From assembly GCA_051313645.2 (NCBI GenBank), contig JBNRSN020000023.1, positions 44,578,001 to 44,642,000 on the forward strand: a stretch of DNA of 64,000 bases, in the 5' to 3' direction. The notes under the pieces were generated by a model. That model ran no database searches. It saw only the letters and a list, made by a program, of their open reading frames with translations, and was not told the DNA's origin. Shown piece by piece: positions 1-12,806 of the stretch. The DNA comes from Centroscyllium fabricii. Lineage: Eukaryota. Numbering within the stretch: the first letter of the stretch is position 1; each line of letters begins with the position of its first letter. Position numbers and translations under genes: made by a program.

Positions 1-355
1 TAATGGCAAAGGCTACCTTCGCCGCCTCATCGGCAAAGGTGTGGGGCTGCAATGCAAACAAGATTGAACAGTTTGTGAGGAAGGGATTGCATTCCTCAGG
101 TTCCCCGGCGTAACGCTCCGGGACCCCGACCCGGGGCTCCGGTGTGAGGCCTTGTGGGTGAGGCATGGGTGCTGACACCGATGCTGGAGCAAGAACTGGT
201 GGTGGTGGGATCCCCGCCGGATCCGAAGCTGCCCGCTGGGTTGGGGCGGTGGGTAGCTGCTCCACTCGAGCTGTTAGCCCTCCCAAGGCCTGCCGCAGTT
301 GCTGTAGGGTGCCCTCGATCTGCGCAAGACGATCCAGTATGTCTGCTGGGTCCAT
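1..355 (-). CDS. Gag N-terminus of a sushi/Tf1-type (chromovirus-like) Gypsy LTR retrotransposon; runs off the left edge
   Basis: Manual translation from ATG at 355 is open to the edge: MDPADILDRLAQIEGTLQQLRQALGGLTARVEQLP...PEPRVGVPERYAGEPEECNPFLTNCSILFALQPHTFADEAAKVAFAI. Coiled coil, Pro-rich linker and P-x-x-Y/F-x-G...C..FL..C...F..QP are typical of sushi/PEG10-like Gag. Absent from the ORF track because it has no stop in the window. Confidence 0.88.
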   Translation of the reverse strand, partial: MDPADILDRLAQIEGTLQQLRQALGGLTARVEQLPTAPTQRAASDPAGIPPPPVLAPASVSAPMPHPQGLTPEPRVGVPERYAGEPEECNPFLTNCSILFALQPHTFADEAAKVAFAI

Positions 356-372
356 TTCTGGCCAGATCGTAC

Positions 373-934
373 TGTAACGGGTGTAGGTTGGGCCCAAATG
401 CAGTACACCGAAACAGCAGATGTCGAGGTAAACTACTTTATTGATGAGCAGTAGAAGACACTGGTATCAGTGGGCCGATATACAGGCAGTTAAATACACG
501 GAGGCAACAAGTCCAAACAGGGGTCAGGCAGAAGAAAATCAAAAATCAAAAAGCAGGTCAATACCAGGTAGTCAGTCCACGAAAGCGACGAATCCAAACG
601 GGGGTCAGGCAGAAGAGAATCCAAAATCCAAAAGCAGATCAATACCAGGTAGTCAGTCCACGAAAGCGACAAATCCAAACGGGGGTCAGGCAGAAGAGGG
701 TCCACGGTCCAGGAAGCAGGTCAGTATATCAAACAGGCAGGATCAGAAAACCAGGAACAAACGCAGGGTACCTTAGACAGAAAGCACAAGACGATCTGGC
801 ACCGACTGGGTGGAAAACAGGGGTTTAAATACTGATCCTAATAGAAAGGCCCAGAGTCACAAGTGACAATCAGGTGAGAGCAGTTGAGCTAATGATGTGG
901 TTGCCAGGTAGAGAGGGAGAGCCGACCTATGACA
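373..934 (-). mobile_element. 5' LTR of the sushi-type Gypsy element
   Basis: TG...CA termini (+ strand tgtaac at 373, tgaca ending 934). Minus-strand TATA-like tatttaaa at 824-831 and AATAAA (tttatt ~437-442). Internal ~78-bp tandem repeat at ~500-700. Directly precedes the PBS and gag, and abuts CR1 sequence at 935. Confidence 0.85.
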
Positions 935-2215
935 GTAATATTCTGGCATGGGTGGAGGATTGGCTTTCTAACAGAAAACAGAGAGTTGGGATAAATGGTT
1001 CATTCTCAGACAGGCAATCAGTGACTAGTGGTGTTCCGCAAGAGTCGGTGCTGGGACCCCAACTCTTTACAATCTATATTAATGATTTGGAGGAAGGGAC
1101 CGAGTGCAACATATCAGAGTTTGCAGATGATACAAAGATGGGAGGGAGGGTGATGAGTGAGGAGGACATTAAAAACCTGCAACGGGACATAAACAGGCTA
1201 AGTGAGTGGGCAGAGATTTGGCAGATGGAATATAATACAGGAAAGTGTGAAGTTATGCACTTTGGCAGGAAAAATAATAGAGCGAGTTATTATTTTAATG
1301 GAAAGAAACTGGAAAGTACTTCAGTGCAAAAGGATCTGGTTTGTATGCAGGTGCAGCAGGTGATCAGGAAGGCCAATGGAATGTTGGCTTTTATTGCTAG
1401 GGGGATTGAGTATAAAAGCAGGGAGGTCTTGCTGCAGTTGTACAGGGTATTGGTGAGACCACACCTGGAATACTGCATGCAGTTCTGGTGTCCATGTTTA
1501 AGAAAAGATAGACTTGCTCTCGAGGCAGTGCAAAGAAGGTTCACTAGGTTAATCCCAGGGATGAGGGGGCTGACATATGAGGAGAGGTTGAGTAGATTGG
1601 GCCTCTACTCATTGGAGTTCAGAAGAATGAGAGGCAATCTTATTGAAACATATAAGATTGTGAGAGGGCTTGATCGGGTGGATGCGGTGAGGATGTTCCC
1701 AATGGTGGGTGAAACTAAGACTAGGGGGCATAATCTTAAAATAAGGGGCTGCCCTGTCAAAACTGAGATGAGGAGAAACTTCTTCACTCAGAGGCTGGTG
1801 GGGCTGTGGAATTTGCTGCCCCAGAGAGCTGTGGAAGCTACTACATTGAATAAATTTAAAACAGAGATAGACAGTTTCCTAGAAGTAAAGGGAATTAAGG
1901 GTTATGGTGAGCGGGCAGGTAAGTTGATGTGAGGCTAGGTTCAGATCGGCCATGTGATCTCCTGGACGAGTTTTGATCGCCTAGATGGGTCGGAGAGGTA
2001 TTTCCCAGATGTTTTCTCCTAAATTGCCCGCTGGGTTTTTTACCTGGTTTTTCGTCTCTCCTGGGAGATCACATGGATTCGGGCGGATGGAGAGTGAAAG
2101 TAGATTTGAGGTTAGTATCAGATCAGCCATGATCTTGCTGAATGGCAGAGCAGGCTCGAGGGGCCGATCGGCTTACTCCTGCTCCTATTTCTTATGTTCT
2201 TATATGTTCTTATGT
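935..2215 (+). mobile_element. CR1 LINE 3' part (RT C-terminus, 3'UTR, (ttcttatg)n tail)
   Basis: ORF 874-1932 has GVPQESVLGP, FADD and LVRPHLEYC. Same subfamily 3'UTR as 7256-8401. Confidence 0.92.
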
Positions 2216-2303
2216 TAATTATCGCTGAGTTAACGACTTTCTCTAGGATAAAATATTGCGGTAGCCGGAGAGAGAAAAGTCTCCGACCTGAAACATTAAC
2301 TCC

Positions 2304-3128
2304 GGGGGGGATTTTCGCAAAGGTGTGGGAAGTTGCCGGGTTTTGGGTGGATCAGGTTTCTGACATGAATGTTCAAGGACCTGGGAGCCCCGCGCAATTT
2401 TGGTTTGATTGGCCAATTAATTGCCCGCGTGTCAGAGTCCCTGCCAATTGACTGATTCCAGTCAGAAACGGCGGAGCTGCAGTTGACAGCCAGAGGTTTG
2501 ATTGACAGGGGTAAGGACTGTGTGTTGTTAGTTTCTATGGAAACAGTGCATTGTGACATCACAATGGAGTGCAACCAATCTCAAAGCCCAAGTGGGTTGA
2601 ATGACAGGTCTAAGGACTCGCTGGAAAGCTCTCACAGTTAGGGGCCGTCGCTCTGAGGAGCATATCCATTCATCTATCAGGTAAGTGTGTGGAAGCTTTT
2701 GTCCACAGCTGCTCCTCAGACAAGGGAGTCACTTACACCTCCAGGGTGTTGAAGGCCTGGAAGGCATTCTGCTACAGGTCCGTCAATGCCTTGAAGATGA
2801 AAGTGTCAAAGCCGACTGAGATCCCGCTAAGTTTCACCGGCGGGGTTTCACGATGGCGGGGTATGCGTGGGAAGGGCTCAAAAATCATGAGGGGGCCTTA
2901 AAATGGGATTACCCATGGCAATTAAGGGCCCCTAACGAGCATAATGATCAACCCCGCCGGTGCCGGGCGGGAAAGATTTGGGTCCGGCTGGATACGCCGG
3001 CCGAACACTGCAAAGCGGCGGGGATCCGGCGGGAGAGGTCGGGACCCCCCCGCAGCACCCCCGGTTTCACGATTTTAAGCCCCGCCCTGCCGGAAATGCG
3101 CCCTGACGGCCCGAGGAAACTCCCCCCC
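2304..3128. mobile_element. Non-autonomous TIR element, probably PIF/Harbinger-type MITE
   Basis: Imperfect TIRs ggggggattttc / gaaactcccccc. Interior is the reverse complement of 23135-23936. Splits a short Penelope-type terminal repeat (gacctgaaacattaactc | tgtttctcttcacagatgctgc). Confidence 0.6.
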
Positions 3129-4212
3129 ATTTGTGTTTCTCTTCACAGATGCTGCTGACCTGCTGAGTATTTCCAGCATTTTCTAGCTTTTTTATTCCTT
3201 CTGGAGGAGTCTGTTCCGCACATTAGCTCTCCTGTGGCCAACACATGTTTTCCAATTGCCAAACTTAAAAAGAAAATGTGTTCTCGCGATGAGGCCGGCG
3301 CTGGCAAGACTGGCATTTATCACCCATCCCTGGTTGCCCTGGAGAAGGTGGGTGATACAATGGAGTGGCTTGCTGGGCCGCTTCAGAGGGCCTTTAAGAG
3401 TCAACCACGTTGGTGTGGGACTGGAGCCACGTATAGATCGGACTGGGTGAGGACGACAGGTTTCCTTCCCTAAAGCGCATTAGCGGAGCAGTTGGATTTT
3501 TAACGACAATCTGGCAACTCCAAACCTGATTACTGGAAGTAAAATCTGTTTCTGTTGGACAGCTTGAGAAATTGGGCAGATGCATGGCAGATGCAATATA
3601 ATGTGGATAAATGTGAGGTTATCCACTTTGTTGGCAAAAACAGGAAGACAGATTATTATCTGAATGGCAATAGATTGGGAGAAGGGGAAGTGCAAATAGA
3701 CCTGGGTGTCATTGTGCACCAATCACTGAAGTTAAGCATGCATGTGCAGCAGGCGGTTAAGAAGGCAGATGGTATGTTGGCCTTCGTAGCGAGAGGATTC
3801 GAGTACAGGAGCAAGGATGTCTTGCTGCAGTTGCACATGTTATGTATGATGTATATGTATGTGTTATCCTCCCACCTGTGGTGGCGCTGCTACAACACTG
3901 CACAGCCATGAGGTTCTTTTACTTTTTAGTTTCAGTTTCTCTTTTAACTGTTGGTTACACTAGACAGCTTTTTACAGCTTGGTAGTTTGAATTCTCTTTG
4001 TATTTAAGTAAAAAGACTTAGATACAGTAAGTAGCGACGAAGTGGGATTATTCTGCATGTGGAACATGCTACCGGAAGACTGTAAAAAGAAAAGAAAAAA
4101 AGAAAAGGTCGGAACTTCCTTGTTTCACCGACAAACACTCGGAACAGAGATTGCAGCATAAACTAATGTACGGATGCAGTAAGAAAACAGAAATTGAAAA
4201 TTGCAACGCGAA

Positions 4213-7200
4213 ATGGCTGCTTTATTCGGAAACATCGGTGATTTTGATGAAGAGATAGAGCAATGGAATGCTTATATGGAACGTTTTGACGATTTTTGTA
4301 TTGCAAATGGCGTGGCAAATGATAAGATCGTGCCTACATTCTTGAGCGTAATTGGAGCAAAGACATAATATTTACTGAGCAGCCTTGTACAGCCAGTTAA
4401 GCCAGAAACTAAAACATATAAAGAACTCGTGGAAATTCTTGAAGCACATTTTTCACTGAAACCTCTGGTTATTGCGGAGCAATTTAGATTTCACAAATGG
4501 AAGCAAGATGAAGGGGAAACAGTGACTATGTTTACTGCTGCTTTGAAAAGGTTGTCGGATCACTGCAAATTTAATGAGGTGTTGAAGGACACCGTTAGAG
4601 ACAGATTAGTGTGTGGTCTGCAAAGTGCAGCCATACAGAAATGCCTTCTTACTAAGGACAACCTCACTCTTGAAAAGGCCATTGAAGTTACTGTCTCCAT
4701 GGAAATGGCGGAAAAGGAGGCTCACCAGTTTAGTTCAACAGAGAGAGCTCACAAGGTGTTGTCGGAGCCTAAAAGAGTGCGGAACGGCACATGTTACCAT
4801 TGTGGGAAAACAGGCCATTATGCTAATGACTGCTGGTGTACGGAGCTGGAATGCTGAAACTGTGGCAAAAAGGGTCACATCGAACGTGCCTGTAGAGGTA
4901 AAAAAGGGACAGACAGAGCTGGGAAGCACGAAAACAAAATGTCTACATTTGGACAAAAGAAGAAAAAGAGTGTTCATTCAGTGCAGCGTGATGGAATAAG
5001 CAAAGCAGAGGGGAGCGACACCTCTGAGGATGAGGAGGTGCGCATACTGACGGTTGCAGGTGGCCCAAATGGTTACTGGGTGTCACCACTGGTGGAGGGA
5101 CAATCAGTGCGGATGGAGGTGGACACAGGCGCGGCTGTGTCCCTTGTTTCAGACACTGTCTACAACAAAATGTTAAAGCACATTACCCTTCAGCCAACAA
5201 ACATTGTATTAAAGACGTATACCGGTGAACCGGTGGCCATGAGAGGTGTCATGGAGGAGACAGTTAAATTGAATGGACAGACTGCGAAACTGCCACGAAA
5301 TGTAGTAAAGGGAAATTACCCATCTCTACTGGGATGTGCGTGGCTAGAGAAAATCACGCTGGACTGGCCTGCAATCCGCATGATGTCAAAAGGGGAGTCA
5401 GGTCTGACTGCAGTTTTAAACAAACATGCAGAACTCTTCAATGGGGAACTTGGGAGCATGAAAAAGATCAGCGTGAGACTGGACATTAAACCTGACAGCA
5501 AACCGAAGTTTCACAAAGCCTTACCTGTACACTATGCAATTAGGCCAAAAGTTGAGGCTAACTTGGAGGCCTTAGTCGAGAAGGGAGTCCTGGACCCTGT
5601 GAGCGTGAGCAAATGGGCTACACCCATTGTTCCTGTCCTAAAAAAGGGTGGATCTATTCAAAACTGCGGGGATTTTAAAGTGACTATTAACCCGGTGCTG
5701 TTGGCGGAACAGTACCCTCTTCCCCTCATTGGTGATCTCTTTATGGGCCTGGCTGGAGGGAAAAATTTCAGCAAAATCGACTTATCTACAAATGCAAAAT
5801 TGGCTTATCTACAAATGCATGTAGATGACAAATCAAAGGAGCTGCTGACAATTGTGACACACAAGGGGCTATACAGGTACTGCCGCCTTCCATTTGGAAT
5901 TACGTCGGCCCCTGCTCTATTCCAAAGGGCAATGGACCAAATTTTGAGTGGACTGCCAGGAGTTCAGTGCTACCTGGATGACATCCTTGTCACTGGAACG
6001 AATGAGGAGGATCATGTTCTGAATTTGAATGCGACACTACATTGACTGAAAGAGTACGGACTCAAAGTTCGTAAGGACAAATGTGAATTCTTTCAGTCTT
6101 CTGTTGAGTACCTGGGGCATGTGACTGACGCTACCGGCCTGCACAAGGCGCCGTCAAAGGTCAAGGCGCTCTTGGAGGCGCCAGCACCCCAGAATGTGAG
6201 CCAGTTACGTTCATTCCTGGGGCTACTTAACTATTATGGAAAGTTTATTCCAAGCTTAGCAACATTGCTGAAGCCATTACACCAGTTGCTATGTCAAGGC
6301 AAAACATGGAATGGACTGCGCTGTGCAATGAAACTTTCGCCCAAGCAAAGAAAGCATTGCTGAAGTCAGAAGTCCTGACACTCTTCGACCCAAAGCTACC
6401 CTTGCAGCTAGCATGTGATGCATCACCATAGGGTGTGGGAGCAGTCAAATCCCACGTCATGCCTTCTGGTGAAGAGCAAACTATCACCTTCGCATCACGC
6501 ACCTTGAACAAGGCTGAGAGTAACTATGCACAGATTGAGTGCGAGGCATTGGGAATCGTTTTTGGAATTCGAAAATTTCATCAGAACTTGTTTTGGAAAA
6601 GGTTCACACTCCTGACAGACCATCGTCCCTTGACATCAATCTTTGGGCCCCACACTGTAATTCCGTCTCTTGCTGCAAGCAGGATGCAAAGATGGGCTTT
6701 GCTGTTGTCGGGACACACATACGACATCAAATATCGTAAATCAGAATTGCACGGCAATACAGACGGTCTTTCGAGGCTGCCCTTGCCTGTTACTCACCAG
6801 AGCCTCGTCAGATAAACATCTTCTACCTCAGACAAGTTGAGGGTGCACCTGTCACTGCAGCCCAGGTGCGAAGGCACACCCGCAATGATCCAGTTCTGTC
6901 TGAGGTAATGGACGATGTCATTCAAGGGAGAGCTATAGGAGATTCTCCTCAGTTGAAACCTTATGTTTCAAAAAGAAATGAGCTCTCCATCCGGGCAGGT
7001 TGTCTTCTCTGGGGACATCGTGTCATCATTCCGCCACCTCTGAGGGAAACTGTACTGCAACAACTTCATACAGGCCACTGTGGGATGGTTCGGATGAAGG
7101 AAATGGCCAGAAGCTACTTCTGGTGGCCAGGTCTCAATGGAAACATTGAGGAGAAAGCCAAAACATGTTCCCCATGTCAAAGGGTCCGGAATGTTCCACA

Positions 7201-9355
7201 GCTGGCACCCCTACACCCCTGGGATTGGCCTGAAGAACTGTGGCAGCGCGTACATAAGAACATAAGAACATAAGAAATAGGAGCAGGAGTCGGCCAATCG
7301 GCCGCTCGAGCCTGCTCCGCCATTCAACAAGATCATGGCTGATCTGATCCTAACCTCAATTTCACTTTTGCTTTCCATCCCGCCCAAACCCATGTGATCA
7401 CGGCGAAAAACCAGATAAAAACCCCAGTGGCCAATTTTGGAGAAAAAATCTGGGAAATTCCTCTCCGACCCATCTAGGCGATCAAAAACTGGTCCAGGAG
7501 ATCACATGGCCGATCTGAACCTAGCCTCACATCTACTTACCTGCCCACTCACCATAACCCCTAATTCCCTTTACTTCCAGGAAACTGTCTATCTCTGTTT
7601 TAAATTTATTCAATGTAGTAGCTTCCACAGCTCTCTGGGGCAGCAAATTCCACAGCCCCACCACCCTCTGAGTGAAGAAGTTTCTCCTTAACTCAGTTTT
7701 GAAATGGCAGCCCCTTATTTTAAGATTATGCCCCCTAGTCCTAGTTTCACCCACCATTGGGAACATCGTCACCGCATCCACCCGATCATGCCCTCTCACA
7801 ATCTTATGTGTTTCAATAAGATCGCCTTTCATTCTTCTGAACTCCAATGAGTAGAGGCCCAATCTACTCAACCTCTCCTTGTATGTCAGCCCCCTCATTC
7901 CCAGAATTAACCTAGTGAACCTTGTTTGCACTGCCTCGAGAGCAAGTATGTCCTTTCTTAAATATGGATACCAGAACTGCACGCAGTACTCACCAATACC
8001 CTGTACAACTGCAGCAAGACCTCCCTGCTTTTATACTCCATGCCCTTAGCAATAAAAGCCAACATTCCGTTGGCCTTCCTGACCACCTGCTGCACCTGCA
8101 TACTAACTTTTTGTGTTTCCTGCACCAGGACCCCCAGATCCCTTTGCACTGAAGTACTTTCCAGTTTCTTTCCATTAAAATAATAACTCGCTCTATTAGT
8201 TTTCCTGCCAAAGTGCATAACTTCACACTTTTCAGTATTATATTCCATCTGCCAAATCTCTGCCCACTCACTTAGCCTATCTATGTCCTTTTGCAGGTTT
8301 TTAATGTCCTCCTCACGCATCACACTCCCTCCCATCTTTGTGTCATCCGCAAACTTTGATATGTTGCACTTGGTCCCTTCCTCCAAATCATTAATATTGA
8401 TGTGGACTTTGCCAGTCCTTTCGAAGAGAAGATGTTGATGTTGCTTGTGGGTGCTCGTAACAAGTGGCCGGAGGTCGCTGTGATGAGGTCTACCACGACA
8501 GAGAAAACAATTGGGAAACTCGGTGAGATGCTCAGCTGTTATGGCTCACCAGAGCAACTTGCAGGTGATAATGGTCCACAATTTGTGTCACAGGAGTTTG
8601 CAACTTTCCTGCAAGTGAATGGTGTCCAACACATCAGGTCTTTGCCCTACCATCCCTCTACTAATGGCCTGGCAGAAATGTTCGTGCAAACCTTGAAGCA
8701 CACCTTGAAGGCATCGCAAGGTCAGGGCTCAATCCACCAACGTCTGAACAGATTCCTGTTGTCCTACAGGAACGAGCCACATGCCACAACCAAAACTTCC
8801 CCCGCTTCGCTCATAATGAAGAGGCAGTTGCGAACAAGTTTTGACTTACTCAAACCTCCAACGACAGAGCAGGTTGTCCAATGTCAAAAACAAGCTCAAG
8901 TTGAAAGAAGGTAGATAAGAGCCAAGGAGAGACGGTTTCATGCTGGAGAGCAAGTCCTAGCTCAAAACTACAACACTGGACAAAAATGAGTTCCTGCTAC
9001 GGTGATCGCGCAGATGGGCCCTGTGTCATACACGGTTGAGACTGCTGAGGACGTCATCTGGAGAAGACACACTGATCAACTGTTGCTAGGAGCAGAGACA
9101 GCCACTGAGGCTCCAAAGGCTGATTGGTCTGAACTGTTTCCGGATGACACCGCAAACCAGCATCCTTCTGCACAGTGCTCTTCTCCAACACAGGAAGTCA
9201 AAGAGACTGTTCCACCTGCACAAACTCCTGACTTTCGACTAACACAGGCACCTTCTCCATCCAGTCCTGTGTCAATGTCTACTGCTGTTGAAGCCAGCGA
9301 TGCCCGCTGGTATCCTGTCAGAGAGCGGCAGCCTCCAATACGCTTGGATATGTAG
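4213..9355 (+). pseudogene. Disrupted gag-pol of the Mag-like Gypsy
   Basis: Two CCHC knuckles (CYHCGKTGHYANDC; C*NCGKKGHIERAC), protease DTGA, RT YLDD, RNaseH TDHRPL, integrase HHCC plus DNGPQF. Stops at 4855, 6043 and 8912, frameshifts near 6310 and 6810, and a CR1 insertion at 7256-8401. Confidence 0.9.
7256..8401 (-). mobile_element. 5'-truncated CR1 inserted into the Gypsy integrase
   Basis: ORFs 7958-8386 and 7533-7982 (FADD, RRFTRLI). Splits integrase WQRVH|VDFA; the (ttcttatg)n tail shares acat microhomology with the target. Confidence 0.92.
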
Positions 9356-11058
9356 GCTTAGCAACTTACCCACAAGAATGGGCAGAATAAACCCCAGGGT
9401 AAAGTCAGGGTTTGAGGCAGTCTACTTCTACCCTTAGTTAGTTGAGTGCATTGGACGTAATTTACTTGTTGAGGAATAATGGGGTCATTTTATTTAAGGG
9501 GGGAGGAATATATTATGTATGATGTGTATGTATGTGTTATCCTCCCACCTGTGGTGGCGCTGCTACAGCACTGCACAGCCATGAGGTTCTTTTACTTTTT
9601 AGTTTCAGTTTCTCTTTTAATTGTTGATTAAATTAGACAGCTTTTTACAGCTTGGTAGTTTGAATTCTCTTTGTATTTAAGTAGAAAGACTAGATACAAC
9701 AGTACAGGGCCTTGGTAAGACCACACCTTGAGTACTGTGTGCAGTTTTAGTCTCCTTGTCTGAGGAAGGATGTTCTTGCCATGGAGGGAGTGCAGCGAAG
9801 ATTCACCAGACTGATACCTGGGATGGCAGGAATGACGTATGAGGAGAGATTGGGTCGATTGGGGTAGAGTTTAGAAGAATGAGAGGGGATCTCATTGAAA
9901 TGTATAAAATTCTAACAGGACTAGACAGACTAGATGCAGGAAGGATGTTCCCGATGGCCGGGGAGTCCAGAACCAGGGCTCACAGTCTAAGGATAAGGGG
10001 TAAGCCATTTAGGACTGAAATGAGGCAGAATTTCTTCACCCAGAGAGTGGTGAACCTGTGGAATTCTCTACCACACAAGGCAGTTGAGGCCAACTTATTA
10101 AATATATTCAAGAAGGAGTTAGATATATTTCTTAAGGCTTTAGGGATCAAGGGATATGGGGAGAAGGCAGCGACAGGGTACTGAATTTGGATGATCAGCC
10201 ATGATCTCATTGAATGGTGGAGCAGGCTCGAGGGGCTGATTTGCCTTCTCCTGCTCCTATCTTCTATGTTTCTATATTTCTGTTTCCGTTACTGGCAAAG
10301 TTTGTATACACAAATCATACTGTGGCTGGTCTTTGTTGATTGGGGGCCAACACTAACTCAACAACATGTCGTTGTAACAGTGGACTTCAGTCCCTGGCTT
10401 CTGCTATGCCACCACAGTAACCAACACCCACCGCTGCGAACTAACTTCAAAGCTAGTACTTGGTGCTTCTCCATGGGCTCAGCTCGTTGAGGTGATCAGT
10501 AATTGAGCTGTGCCAACTCGGAGAGTCCCAAGTTGGAGGCCCGGGCTGTGGTGAGTTTGTTGAGCCCGGTAAGGTTAGTGGTAATTGGAGCCACAATTGT
10601 CATCTGCGTAAGGTGGGCTGGGTTCTCAGCGCTGACTGTTATCTAGCGACCCCTGTTGGACGTGCCTGCGTGCAGACGCAAACTGAGAACAGGATGAGGC
10701 TTGCTTGTGATTTCCCCTCCTGGCCAGGTGGCGCTGCTCGCTGAACTCATACGTGAAGATTGGCCACTTGTACAAGTGAAGGACACCTGCCTCCTGTGGA
10801 ACTGAATCTCGGCCTTCGGGAGAAGAGAAGGAGAGGGGAGCAAGCTGGTGGGGAAGAGGGAGCATAAACAAATCTCAAACCGAAATTGTAAATGAATCAG
10901 CACATGAATTAAGTAACACTTAATGTTCGCAGTGTAGACCTTATGCTTTGTCACTGATGGTTTCTGGTGTCTAATCCATTTGTATAAATGTAGTGACATG
11001 CCAGGCTATTCTAACGCACTGCACAATAACTTGCGTTCATGAAATACTCATTACGGTG

Positions 11059-12806
11059 CAGGTACACAACCCTTTATCCGAAAACCTCGGGACCGGGTGG
11101 GTCTCAGTTTTCGGATAAATACGGTTTTTAGAGTTGGCCCCAGTGCGCATGCGCAGATCGTTTGCGCATGCGAATTACCGTGTTTGCGGCCCAGCTCGCA
11201 GTCGAGGAACGGCATATCGGCTGTTTGGAGCGGGAGATCGGCCGTTTGCAGGGGGAGATCGGCCGTTTGCAGGTGGAGATTGGCCATTTGGAGCGGGAGA
11301 TCGGCCGTTTGCAGGGGGGAGATCGGCCGTTTGCAGGGGAGATCGGCCTTTTGCAGGGGGAGATCGGCTGTTTGCAGGGGAGATCAGCCGTTTGCAGGGG
11401 GAGATCGGCCGTTTGCAGGGGGAGATCGGCCGTTTGGAGCGGGAGATCGGTCGTTTGGAGCGGGAGATCGGCCGTTTGGAGGAGGAGATCGGCCGTTTGC
11501 AGGGGGAGATCGGCCGTTTGCAGGGGGAGATCGTCCGTTTGCAGGGGGAAGATCGGCCGTTTGGAGGAGGAGATCGGCCATTTGGAGGAGGAGATCGGCC
11601 GTTTGCAGGGGAGATCGGCCTTTTGCAGGGGGAGATCGGCTGTTTGCAGGGGAGATCAGCCGTTTGCAGTGGGAGATCGGCCGTTTGCAGGGGGAGATCG
11701 GCCGTTTGGAGCGGGAGATCGGTCGTTTGGAGCGGGAGATCGGCCGTTTGGAGGAGGAGATCGGCCGTTTGCAGGGGGAGATCGGCCATTTGCAGGGGGA
11801 GATCGGCCGTTTGCAGGGGGAGATCGGCCGTTTGCAGGGGGAAGATCGGCCGTTTGGAGCGGGAGATCGGCCGTTTGGAGGAGGAGATCGGCCGTTTGGA
11901 GGAGGAGATCGGCCGTTTGCAGGGGAGATCGGCCGTTTGGAGGAGGGGATTGGCCGTTTGCAGGGTGAGATCGACCGTTTGCAGGGGAGATCGACCGTTT
12001 GATGGGGAGATCGGCCGTTTGCAGGGGGAGATCGGCCGTTTGCAGGGGGAGATCGGCCGTTTGCAGGAGGAGAAGATCGGCCGTTTGCAGGAGGAGATCG
12101 GCCGTTTGGAGGAGGAGATCGGCCGTTTGCAGGGGGAGATCGGCTGTTTGGAGGAGGAGATACGCTGTTTGCAGGGGAGATCGGCTGTTTGCAGGGGGAG
12201 ATCGGCCGTTTGCAGGAGGAGATCGGCCGTTTGGAGGAGGAGATCGGCCGTTTGCAGGGGGAGATCGGCCGTTTGCAGGGGAAATCGGCCGTTTGCAGGG
12301 GGAGATCGGCTGTTTGCAGGGGGAGATCGGCCGTTTGCAGGAGGAGATCGTCCGTTTGCAGGGGAGATCGGCCGTTTGCAGGGGAGATCGGCTGTTTGCA
12401 GGGGGAGATCGGCCATTTGCAGGGGGAGATCGGCCGTTTGCAGGGGGAGATCGGCCGTTTGCGGGGGGAGATCGGCCCTTTGCAGGGGAGATCGGCCATT
12501 TGCAGGAGGAGATCGGCCGTTTGCAGGGGAGATCGGCCGTTTGCAGGGGAGATCGGCCGTTTGCAGGGGGAGATTGGCCATTTGCAGGAGGAGATCGGCC
12601 GTTTGCAGGGGAGATCGGCCGTTTGCAGGGGGAGATCGGCCGTTTTGTATGAGGAGATCGGCTGTTTTTTTCCTCAGCACGGCATCAACAGCACGAGATC
12701 GGGGTAGGAACGTGTTTTTTCTGCTGCAGCTTAAATAATTTTATTCTTAAATAAATTGAAGAAAAACTTCGGTTTTTGGAGTTGCGGATAAGGGATTGTG
12801 TACCTG
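11059..12806. mobile_element. Tc1/mariner (Tigger/pogo-like) MITE containing a satellite array
   Basis: TIRs caggtacacaaccctttatccg / cggataagggattgtgtacctg; TA on the right flank, TG on the left. Confidence 0.8.
11215..12665. repeat. 20-22-bp tandem minisatellite, consensus GGAGATCGGCCGTTTGCAGGG (~70 units)
   Basis: Directly visible; variant units tttggagcgg and tttggaggag; explains the overlapping long ORFs. Confidence 0.97.

Larger units (their letters stand above)
3838..9701 (+). mobile_element. Full-length decayed Gypsy LTR retrotransposon (Mag-like)
   Basis: ~190-bp LTRs at 3838-~4029 and 9511-9701. 5-bp TSD gcaca/gtaca. Degenerate PBS gtagcgacgaagtgggatt resembles the complement of tRNA-Ser(GCU) 3' end. 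PPT aaggggggaggaa lies before the 3' LTR. Domain order is gag-PR-RT-RH-IN. Confidence 0.93.
3555..10280 (+). mobile_element. CR1 LINE 3' fragment split by the Gypsy insertion (3555-3837 and 9702-10280)
   Basis: Reading frame ...KDVLLQL|Y-RALVRPHLEYC... rejoins across the Gypsy; (ttctatgt)n tail near 10262. Confidence 0.88.

Noticed and set aside
441-776. 111-aa repetitive ORF
   Set aside because: Translation of the 78-bp tandem repeat within the LTR.
11215-12665. CRISPR-like array
   Set aside because: No unique spacers, and the context is eukaryotic.
11097-12738. Overlapping 170-534 aa ORFs on both strands
   Set aside because: Artefact of a stop-free 21-bp satellite; frames interconvert at 20/22-bp units.
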